Below are positions 40,696-48,600 of a stretch of DNA of 64,000 nt, piece after piece (within the stretch, counting starts at the first letter, position 1; every line of letters starts with the position of its first letter). Below the pieces are notes generated by a model that was not told the origin of the DNA, searched no databases, and saw only the letters and a list, made by a program, of their open reading frames with translations. Position numbers and translations under genes: made by a program. Source of the stretch: Trueperaceae bacterium (lineage in GTDB: Bacteria; Deinococcota; Deinococci; Deinococcales; Trueperaceae); the NCBI GenBank assembly GCA_965214405.1, contig OZ243956.1:4434327-4498326 (forward strand), given 5' to 3'.

Positions 40696-41292
40696 ATGAA
40701 CGCCTCCTGCCAAAAAGTTTGGGCGACGGTCCTGCTGAGTTTGCTCGGGCTCACGTTCGCTCAGAGCTGGCAGGAGGCCACAGACGGTTTCTTCAGAGTT
40801 GAAACCGCTTCCGCCGCAGACGCCGAAAGGCTCGAGCACGTATTCGACGTGCTCGAGCAAGCCGCCAAAGATCTCAAAGATTCCGGTTTGCCTCTCCCCG
40901 ACGCGGTCACGGTGCGCGTGCATCCGACGCTCGAGAGTTTCCAGGCTGACACCGGCTTACCCTGGTTTGTGGCGGCGCTGGCGGACCGAGAAACAAACAC
41001 GCTTCACACTCAACGGTTGCGGGTGCTGCTCGAGCGCCAAAGTTTAGAAACGACCCTGCGACACGAACTCTTTCACCTCGCGCAACCCGCCGACTGGCCG
41101 CGCTGGCGGGCCGAAGGCGCGGCGATGCGTTTTGCTGGGGAGCAGCCGCGAGCGCAACCGCTCCCCGGTCTGAGCGACGAACAACTTGACGCTCTCTTAG
41201 CCGCGCCGCCCTCGGCGGACGTTCTAGCGCGGGCGGTGGCGACGGCTTATGCTCGAGTGGAAACGTATGGTGCGCTCACGCCCCAACATTAA
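40696..41292 (+). CDS. Secreted protein with HExxH motif (peptidase MA-like)
   Basis: Signal peptide; LRHELFH...PRWRAEGAA. Confidence 0.7.
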   Translation: MNASCQKVWATVLLSLLGLTFAQSWQEATDGFFRVETASAADAERLEHVFDVLEQAAKDLKDSGLPLPDAVTVRVHPTLESFQADTGLPWFVAALADRETNTLHTQRLRVLLERQSLETTLRHELFHLAQPADWPRWRAEGAAMRFAGEQPRAQPLPGLSDEQLDALLAAPPSADVLARAVATAYARVETYGALTPQH

Positions 41293-41301
41293 ACATCAGT
41301 G

Positions 41302-43005
41302 CTAGAACACCGGCGTCTCGCGGTACACCCCCCACAGCTCTTTGAGCGTCTCGACAAGGTCGCCCATCGTCGCGCCCGCTTTGACTAAGTCGATGGTGAC
41401 GGGGAGGAGGTTGACGCTTTCGTCTTGAGCCTCGAGGCGCAGCCTTGCCAACAAACGTTCGATTTCCGCCTCGTCGCGCTCCTCGCGTACCCGTTTTAAG
41501 CGCGCAATCTGGCGCTCGGCGGTCTCGAGGTCGTAAGGATGCGTTTCGATGTCGGCGTCGTCTTCATTGTCGGTGTAAAGGTTCACGCCGACCACGGGTT
41601 TTTCGCCCGAGGCCTTTTTGAGCGCCGTCTCGTAGGCAAAGTCGGCTATGTGGCGCTGAAACCAGCCCGACTCGATGAGCTTCAGGGTACCGCCGCGCCG
41701 CTCGATGTCGTCCAGGGTCTCAAAGATGCGTTTTTCAAAGTCGTTGGTCAGGCTCTCGACAAAGTACGAGCCGCCCAGGGGGTCGACCACGTCGGTGACG
41801 TTGGTTTCTTCGGCAATGATTTGCTGCGTTCTCAACGCGAGCTTCATCGCCTCTTCGGTGGGGATGGCGAAAGCCTCGTCCATCCCGTTGGTGTGCAGAC
41901 TCTGCGCGCCGCCCAAAACCGCCGCGAGCGCCTGAAAGCCGGTGCGGACTAGGTTATTCATGTACTGCGGGCGCGTCAGGGTGGCGGCGGCGGTCTGGCA
42001 GTGAAAGCGCAGGCGCATCGAGGCGGGATTTTTCGCGCCGAAACGGTCGCGCATGATGCGGGCGTAGGCGCGGCGCGCGGCGCGGAACTTAGCAACTTCT
42101 TCAAACAAATCGGCCTGCGACACGAAGAAGAACGATAGGCGCGGCGCGAAGTCGTCGATGTCTAAGCCCGTTTCCAGAATCCGCTCGACGTAGGTGATGG
42201 TGTTGGCGAGCGTAAAGGCGACCTCGTGCAAAGGCGAGCCGCCCGCCTCGGAGATGTGGTAGCCCGAGAGGTTGAGCGGGTTGAAACGCTTCATGTGCTC
42301 CGCGCAGTAGACGACGCAGTCGCGCACGAGTCTAACGGAGGGCTCAATCGGATAAATCCACTCCTTTTGCGCCATGTACTCTTTGAGAATGTCCGCCTGG
42401 ACGGTGCCGGAGAGCTTGTTGAGGTCGTAGCCCCGCTCTTCGGCCAGCGCTACGTACATCGCCAGCAGAATCCAGGCGGTGGGGTTAATCGTCATCGAGA
42501 CCGAAATGTTTTCTAGGTCGATGCCGTCAAAGAGGGCGCGCATATCGGCCAAGGTATCGACCGCCACGCCCTCGCGCCCCACCTCGCCCTCGCTCATCGG
42601 GTGGTCGCTGTCGTAGCCCATCAGGGTCGGCATGTCGAAGTCCGTCGAGATGCCCGTTTGACCCTGACCGATAAGATATTTGAAGCGCTTGTTGGTGTCC
42701 TCGCCGGTGCCGAAGCCCGCGATTTGCCGCATCGTCCAGGTGCGGCCCCGGTACATGGTCGGGTAGGGGCCGCGGGTAAAAGGAAATTGGCCGGGCAACC
42801 CCAGCGCGTCCTCGCTCATGTCTACGGTGTCAAGTTCGGTGTAAACGCGCTGCAAGGGAATACCGCCGTTGGTGCTGAAGGTCTCCTTGCGCTCGGGCTG
42901 ACGCGCGACAAAGCTCGCCACTTCGTTTTCGTTCCAGTCGGCCAGCTTCTCCCGCATCTCTTTTAACTTTTCGTCTTGCACCCCAGTCTCTTCTTTAACG
43001 TCCAT
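41302..43005 (-). CDS. hcmA: 2-hydroxyisobutyryl-CoA mutase large subunit (B12-dependent acyl-CoA mutase)
   Basis: WTMRQIAGFG (Ile where MCM has Tyr and ICM has Phe), GISTDFDMPTLMGYDSD, FHCQTAAATLT, YRETPVF C-terminus. Confidence 0.9.
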   Translation of the reverse strand: MDVKEETGVQDEKLKEMREKLADWNENEVASFVARQPERKETFSTNGGIPLQRVYTELDTVDMSEDALGLPGQFPFTRGPYPTMYRGRTWTMRQIAGFGTGEDTNKRFKYLIGQGQTGISTDFDMPTLMGYDSDHPMSEGEVGREGVAVDTLADMRALFDGIDLENISVSMTINPTAWILLAMYVALAEERGYDLNKLSGTVQADILKEYMAQKEWIYPIEPSVRLVRDCVVYCAEHMKRFNPLNLSGYHISEAGGSPLHEVAFTLANTITYVERILETGLDIDDFAPRLSFFFVSQADLFEEVAKFRAARRAYARIMRDRFGAKNPASMRLRFHCQTAAATLTRPQYMNNLVRTGFQALAAVLGGAQSLHTNGMDEAFAIPTEEAMKLALRTQQIIAEETNVTDVVDPLGGSYFVESLTNDFEKRIFETLDDIERRGGTLKLIESGWFQRHIADFAYETALKKASGEKPVVGVNLYTDNEDDADIETHPYDLETAERQIARLKRVREERDEAEIERLLARLRLEAQDESVNLLPVTIDLVKAGATMGDLVETLKELWGVYRETPVF

Positions 43006-43008
43006 CCC

Positions 43009-44001
43009 TTACTCCCTTCTAAAACTCGCCAACAGCTCGTCGGCGGCGGCGTGGGGGGAAAGCTCGAGCCTTAACAACTTCCCTGTCAGCGCGCCCACCG
43101 CCCCGTCCTGGCGGTTGGCAAACTCGCTACGCAGCCGCGCTTCGGCGGCCTTGAGCATCCGGTAGCGGGCGATGCGCTCGCGGCGCGTCCTGAGTTCGTC
43201 GGTATCTTTGAGATGCCTCAAGTGACGGTCTACCGCGTCCACAAGTTCCCCCACGCCCTCGCCGCGCTCGGCGCTCGTCGGCAGCACGGGCACCTGCCAC
43301 GCCGCCGCGCCCAATCCCAGCCCCATCATCAGCATGTGCTTAAGTTCGGTGATGGTGCGGTCGGCGTCGGAGCGGTCGCACTTGCTCACCACGTGCAAGT
43401 CGGCAATTTCCAGCACGCCCGCCTTGATGGCCTGGATGTCGTCGCCCAGCCCCGGCGCCGACACGACGACGGTGGTATGCGCGGCCTGGACCACCTCGAT
43501 TTCGTCCTGGCCCACCCCGACCGTTTCGATGAGGACCAGGTCGAACCCAGCGGCGTCCACGATATCGACCGCGTCGAGCGTGGCGGCGGCGAGACCGCCG
43601 AGCGAGCCACGCGTCGCCATCGAGCGGATGTAGACGCCGGGGTCACCGGCCACCTCGTTCATGCGGATGCGGTCGCCCAGAATAGAGCCGCCCGAAAAGG
43701 GGCTGGTGGGGTCGATGGCGATAACCGCCACGCGGCGACCGCTCCGGCGCACCGCCTTGACGAGTTCGCGGACCAGCGTGGACTTGCCGCTACCAGGCAC
43801 CCCCGTGATGCCGACGATGTGCGCGCCTCCCGCGTGGCGAAAAATCTCGTCCAGCGCCTCACGGCATTCGGGCGCAAGCGCCTCAGCGCGAGAGATAAGC
43901 CGCGCCATCGCGGGAACCTCGCCCGCCAGCACGCGGGGGACGAGCTCGAGCGAAGGCTTGGGTTTCGTCTTAGATTTTACTTCAGGACCTGCCCTACCCA
44001 T
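43009..44001 (-). CDS. meaH: MeaB/MeaH G-protein chaperone of the B12 mutase
   Basis: GITGVPGSGKST, AIDPTSPFSGGSILGDRIRM, ETVGVGQDE, GDDIQAIKAG. Confidence 0.88.
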   Translation of the reverse strand: MGRAGPEVKSKTKPKPSLELVPRVLAGEVPAMARLISRAEALAPECREALDEIFRHAGGAHIVGITGVPGSGKSTLVRELVKAVRRSGRRVAVIAIDPTSPFSGGSILGDRIRMNEVAGDPGVYIRSMATRGSLGGLAAATLDAVDIVDAAGFDLVLIETVGVGQDEIEVVQAAHTTVVVSAPGLGDDIQAIKAGVLEIADLHVVSKCDRSDADRTITELKHMLMMGLGLGAAAWQVPVLPTSAERGEGVGELVDAVDRHLRHLKDTDELRTRRERIARYRMLKAAEARLRSEFANRQDGAVGALTGKLLRLELSPHAAADELLASFRRE

Positions 44002-45434
44002 CAGCCCCGTTCCTCCAAACGCGCGCGCAGGTCGCGGAACAAGTCGCGGTCGTCCACCACGCGCCGCGCCTTGAAGTCGGTGCGGGGCAGCTCGCCCTGC
44101 GGGGTCACCTCGATTTGCGTGCGGATGCCCAAAACCGTCTGGAGCTTCGTCCCGGCTCGAGCCCCAAGCTCGCTCAGCGCGGTTTCACCCCCCTCGTAAA
44201 GGTCGGGGGTGGCCTCGAGCCGGACCAAAAGCTCGTCCATGCTGCCGTCCCGCGAGATGATGATGCGGTGCTCGCCGCCGTAGCCCGAGAGCTCATTCAG
44301 GGCGGCGTCCACCTCGCTTGGGTAGACGTTCTCGCCGCGCACCACAAAGGCGTCGTCGATGCGGCCAAAGATGCCGTGCGGCAGGCGCGGATAGGTGCGG
44401 CCACAGGCCGACGGCCCCGCCTCCCACAAGGTGAGGTCGCCCGAAAGGAGGCGAATCATCGGCTGCGAGGTGCGCTCCAGATGCGTGTAGACGGGCGTGC
44501 CCCGCTCGCCGTAGGGCACGCGGACGTGGCTTTCGGGGTCGCAGACTTCGGTGTAAATGACGTCTTGCCACAGGAGCATCCCCTCGGACGCTTCACGCGA
44601 GCCCGCCGCGTTCATCCACGGCGTCATCTCGGCCATCGTGCCCGAGTCGATGACCCCGCAGCCGAAGGTGTCTTGGATGCGGCGGCGGATACCGGGCAAG
44701 GACGCGCCAGGCTCGCCCGAAAAGAACATCACGCGGATGCCGAAGTCGCGCGGCTCGAGCCCCGCCTCGGCGGCCACCTCGGCCAAATGCAGTGCGTAGG
44801 ACGGCGTGCTGTAAAAGGCGCTCGGTTTGATTTGCTCGAGCCACCCCACCGCGCGCCGCGTCATCCCGGGTGCGCCCGCGCCAAAAGGAAAGGCCGTCGC
44901 GCCCAAACGCTCGGCCCCTAGAAGCGCCCCCCACGAGCCCATGTAGAGACTCAGCACCGCTGCCACGAAGACCGTGTCGCCGGGGCGGATGCCCATCCCC
45001 CACATCACGCGGGCGTGGGCGTTGGCAATCGCGTCCCAGTCACTTTTGCCGATGGCGAACACCGTGGGCGTGCCCGTGGTGCCCGAGGTGCCGTGGATGT
45101 GAAACACGTCACTCTCGGGGATGCACAGGTAGTCGCCGAACTTGGGCGCTCGAGCCTGCGCCTCGCGCAAGTCTTGTTTGGTAATCACCGGCACCCGCGT
45201 CTCGAAATCCTCCAAAGACTTGAGCTGGTCGGGATGAAAACCTGCTTCGGACCAGATGCGGCGGTAGAAGGGTGCGTGCTCCCAGGCGTAGCGCGTCACC
45301 TCCTTGAGGCGTTCCAAGATGGCCCCCTCGCGCGCCTCGGGGGGCATCGTTTCACGTTTAGGAAACCAGTAGCGCGAGCTTGTGTCGGGCCGGTAGTCAG
45401 GGGCGAATCGGGGCGGAAAGGTCCAGAACTCCAC
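44001..45434 (-). CDS. hcl: Phenylacetate-CoA ligase family protein, probable 2-hydroxyisobutyrate-CoA ligase
   Basis: HGTSGTTGTP, FFSGEPG, GRIDD, RGENVYP; lies between hcmB and meaH. Confidence 0.8.
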   Translation of the reverse strand: MEFWTFPPRFAPDYRPDTSSRYWFPKRETMPPEAREGAILERLKEVTRYAWEHAPFYRRIWSEAGFHPDQLKSLEDFETRVPVITKQDLREAQARAPKFGDYLCIPESDVFHIHGTSGTTGTPTVFAIGKSDWDAIANAHARVMWGMGIRPGDTVFVAAVLSLYMGSWGALLGAERLGATAFPFGAGAPGMTRRAVGWLEQIKPSAFYSTPSYALHLAEVAAEAGLEPRDFGIRVMFFSGEPGASLPGIRRRIQDTFGCGVIDSGTMAEMTPWMNAAGSREASEGMLLWQDVIYTEVCDPESHVRVPYGERGTPVYTHLERTSQPMIRLLSGDLTLWEAGPSACGRTYPRLPHGIFGRIDDAFVVRGENVYPSEVDAALNELSGYGGEHRIIISRDGSMDELLVRLEATPDLYEGGETALSELGARAGTKLQTVLGIRTQIEVTPQGELPRTDFKARRVVDDRDLFRDLRARLEERG

Positions 45435-45445
45435 GCGTGACCCCC

Positions 45446-45859
45446 CTACCGCGGGCCGCGCTCGGCGACCAAGCGCTCCACCGTCTCGACGATGGCCTGG
45501 GGCGGCGTGTCTTGCAGCAGCACCTCCTGCACGCCCAATTCTTTGAGCTTGACCACGTCCTCGTCGGGCATGACGCCGCCGCCCAGCACGATGATGTCCT
45601 CGCCGCCGCCCTCGCGGAGCAGCCCCAGCACCTTGGGGAACACCGTCATGTGCGCGCCCGACAAGAGGCTGATGCCGAGCACGTCCACGTCTTCTTGAAT
45701 GGCGGCGCTCACCACCTCCTGCGGGGTGCGGTGCAGGCCGGTATAAATCACGTCCATGCCCGCGTCGCGCAGGCAGCGCGCCACGATTTTGACGCCCCGG
45801 TCGTGCCCGTCGAGGCCGACCTTGGCGATAAGCACGCGAATCGGCGTTTTCCCTGTCAT
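45446..45859 (-). CDS. hcmB: Cobalamin-binding small subunit of the acyl-CoA mutase
   Basis: AKVGLDGHDRG (DxHxxG), SLLSGAH, GGVMP, LLQDTPP. Confidence 0.9.
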   Translation of the reverse strand: MTGKTPIRVLIAKVGLDGHDRGVKIVARCLRDAGMDVIYTGLHRTPQEVVSAAIQEDVDVLGISLLSGAHMTVFPKVLGLLREGGGEDIIVLGGGVMPDEDVVKLKELGVQEVLLQDTPPQAIVETVERLVAERGPR

Positions 45860-45872
45860 GATGCCCTCCCTG

Positions 45873-46622
45873 TCATGAGGCTGTCCTTTCGGTTTGAGTT
45901 GCGGCGTGAGCTTCGGTGTGAGGTTCGGTACGCGTCTCGGCTTGCGCGGCTAAAGCGCTTTGCAGGGTCGCCGACGCCCCTACAACGTGCGCCTCGGCCA
46001 ACGCTTCGGCTCGAGCCGCGCCCCCCTCGGCCACGGCCTCAAGAATCGCGCGGTGCTCCTCTAAAATGACCCGCTGATAGTTAGGCAATAGCGTCACCGC
46101 CTGCATCACGCGCCGCAGGTGATGCCAGGTGGGCTCGAGCGTCCGCTGAATAAGCGCGTTCCCGGCCAGCCCGTAAAGAAACGCGTGAAACGCAACGTCG
46201 TGCTCCATAAGCGCCCTTGCGCCCTCCCGCGCAATCGCGCGCTCCGCGTTATAAATCAGCTCGAGCCCCCTGGCTTTAGCACCCGACCCGGCCCTTTCCG
46301 CCGCGCGCCGCGCCGTGAGCTTGTCGAGCGCCAGCCGAATGTCGTAAAGGTCGCGGACGAACGAAAGCTCGAGCGGCGCGACCCCCAACCCCCGCCGCCC
46401 CACCTCCCGCACAAAGCCCTGCGCCTTGAGCTGTAGCAGCGCCTGGTGGACGGGCTGCCGCGACACGCCGAGCCGTTCGGCCAATTCGTGCTCCACAAGC
46501 CGCTCGAGCGGCGGTAATGTCCCGTCACAAATGGCGTCCAGCAGCGCGCTGTAAGTTTGCTCGAGAACGCCCTTCGTCGTGTCAATCTGCTCCACCACGC
46601 CACCTCCCAACTTTTTCGCCAT
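45873..46622 (-). CDS. GntR (FCD) family transcriptional regulator
   Basis: ELAERLGVSRQPV HTH, DVAFH, EHRAILEA; start may be the GTG at 46598 after GGAGG. Confidence 0.9.
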   Translation of the reverse strand: MAKKLGGGVVEQIDTTKGVLEQTYSALLDAICDGTLPPLERLVEHELAERLGVSRQPVHQALLQLKAQGFVREVGRRGLGVAPLELSFVRDLYDIRLALDKLTARRAAERAGSGAKARGLELIYNAERAIAREGARALMEHDVAFHAFLYGLAGNALIQRTLEPTWHHLRRVMQAVTLLPNYQRVILEEHRAILEAVAEGGAARAEALAEAHVVGASATLQSALAAQAETRTEPHTEAHAATQTERTAS

Positions 46623-46626
46623 CTAT

Positions 46627-46642
46627 AGTATACGGTATACCA
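46627..46642. promoter_or_regulatory. Probable GntR operator overlapping -10 TATACT
   Basis: AGTATACGGTATACCA contains tandem GTATAC palindromes similar to FadR-type TGGTATACCA boxes. Confidence 0.5.
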
Positions 46643-46715
46643 TTTCTGGCTATAGACATAGGTTTGCACCACCGTCCGCCCGCTGCTTTGCTCGAGCAGG
46701 CTGCATCCACTTAAC

Positions 46716-47027
46716 TTACGACTCGCTCAACGTTTGAGAAGCAACAAGCTCCTGATACTCTGGGTGTTCCTCTATATACGAGGCGATAAAGGGACACGCG
46801 GGCACGACCGAGAGCCCTTTCTCTTTGGCGTCGTCCAACGCGACCTGCGCGAGCCGACTGCCGATACCCTGACCCTCGAGCGCCCCAGGCACCTCAGTAT
46901 GGGTGAAGGTAATCTGGTCACCGTCTTTTTGGTAGACAGCAAACGCTTTTCGCCCTTCTATATCGGCCTCATAACGGCTCGCTGCTTCGTTATCATGTAC
47001 CTCTAGGTTGGCGGGGTCAACGTCCAT
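46716..47027 (-). CDS. Small GNAT (YjdJ-like) acetyltransferase
   Basis: HTEVP.ALEGQGIGS, VVPACPFI..YI. Confidence 0.88.
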   Translation of the reverse strand: MDVDPANLEVHDNEAASRYEADIEGRKAFAVYQKDGDQITFTHTEVPGALEGQGIGSRLAQVALDDAKEKGLSVVPACPFIASYIEEHPEYQELVASQTLSES

Positions 47028-47339
47028 TTTGCCTCCTTGTGCTTCTTTCTTAAATGTCGTAATTTATCGCGCTACCCCTCGAGCCTATCAGCTTCAACCG
47101 TGACGGTAAAGGTTCTCCCCAGAAGCCCATCTCGACCCGAAAAAAGGTCAAGGCAACCTGAGCGCCTTGACACACCTTTAGAACTTGACACACCTATAAA
47201 AATCGTATGAGTGCATTCACGATTCCTAAGGAATTCTCGATCTTGTTTTGGTCACCCTCTTGGGCCAGTTTCAGTAGCTGGATGGCTCAAAATCACGGGG
47301 CTATACGACTTTTGAGGGTCTATTGACCATTGAACAGAA

Positions 47340-47915
47340 TTATCCTCGGTTGCGCTCGAGCAAGACCATCATGATGAGCGACATGACGATCAGCAGGTTG
47401 TCTTCGTTTTCCCCGTGCTGCTCGAGGACGAACTTGCGACCGAAAAACGAGGGTTGCTTGCGGAGCGTGTAGCGGCGCGCGCCGGACTCGTCCACGACGT
47501 CGTAGTGCGGGTTTAACATGTAGCCCGTAAACATGCCGACAACGGGAACCTCGCCCACGACCGAGTCCATCACTTTGACCCAGGGGTTTCCCTCTTGAAT
47601 GGTGTAGGCCGAGTTTTCGTCTTGCACCTCGTAGCGCGTGCGCCAGATGGAACGCAACCCTTTGCGCTTCACGCTGCCGTAGACCGTGCCTTCGGGGTCG
47701 ACAAAGCGGTACGCCGCCGAAAAGTCGATGATTCTGTCTGCGTGAATCTCGCTGATGAGTTGCGCTTTGGTTTCGTCCTTAAAAACCGAGATATGCTCTT
47801 TGAGTTTGAACATTTTTTGCCGCACATAACAGAGCGGCGCGCCGCTGGCGTCGTGGACGTAAATCTGGGGTGCCAAGGCGGCGACCTTAAAAGTCAGAGA
47901 GAGGGGAAAATTCAT
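47340..47915 (-). CDS. LURP-one/scramblase-like hypothetical protein
   Basis: YVRQKMFKLKE, ADRIIDFSA.Y, RKGLRSIWR; beta-rich with a C-terminal hydrophobic helix. Confidence 0.7.
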   Translation of the reverse strand: MNFPLSLTFKVAALAPQIYVHDASGAPLCYVRQKMFKLKEHISVFKDETKAQLISEIHADRIIDFSAAYRFVDPEGTVYGSVKRKGLRSIWRTRYEVQDENSAYTIQEGNPWVKVMDSVVGEVPVVGMFTGYMLNPHYDVVDESGARRYTLRKQPSFFGRKFVLEQHGENEDNLLIVMSLIMMVLLERNRG

Positions 47916-48038
47916 GCCGGTAGGTTACATGGACAGACGACAGTCAGTCAATAAATTTCCTACTCTTTCCGACTTTAAAACTCGTGATGAACTACCTGGA
48001 GGGTAGAACATATTCAGGCGGATGCGTCGCCCTCTAGG

Positions 48039-48600
48039 TTAAATCACCGTTTCCGGCTCTTCAAAACCTTCGCGCTCGAGCTGAATCGTGCTGTGCGTGA
48101 TGCCGAACGCGCCTTGCAGGGTTTCTCTCACCGCTTTCAAGGTTCGCTGATCGAAACTCTCGTCCGTCACGACCACGTGCGCCGAGAGCGCGCCCAGCCC
48201 GCTGGTAATCGTCTAGACGTGCAAATCGTGAACCGCGCGCACGCCCGCCACGCCCCGCATGGCGTCACGCACCTCGTCCACGTCTAAGTGACCGGGCGCG
48301 CCTTCCATAAGGACGTTGACCGTTTCCTTGAGCAGGTCCTAGGACGAGTAAATCACGAGCACGCCGATAGTCACCGAGGCCGCCGGGTCGGCCCAGTTCC
48401 AGCCAAAGGCCCACACGAGCGCGCCCGCGTCCGAGAGCATGTGCCCCGCGTCGGCGAGGAGCGCGAGCGAGTTCGTCAGGAGCCCGCCGACGACCTCGGC
48501 GACCATGTAGAGGGAGGCGAGCGTGAGGACGAGCGCCAGCCGCCGCCCGTTGTTACTCTCAATGGTTATGGCTGTGACTATGACTGTGATTGTGCGACAT
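48039..48600 (-). pseudogene. czcD: Cation diffusion facilitator (CzcD-like) pseudogene
   Basis: His-rich start MSHNHSHSHSHNH, frameshift, SLALLADAGHMLSD, a large internal deletion, WADP, two TAG stops (YSS*DL, HDLHV*T), HSTIQLE. Confidence 0.85.

Noticed and set aside
41302..43005. Ordinary methylmalonyl-CoA mutase
   Set aside because: The active-site motif is RQIAGF rather than RQYAGF, and the ligase/MeaH context matches the hcm operon.
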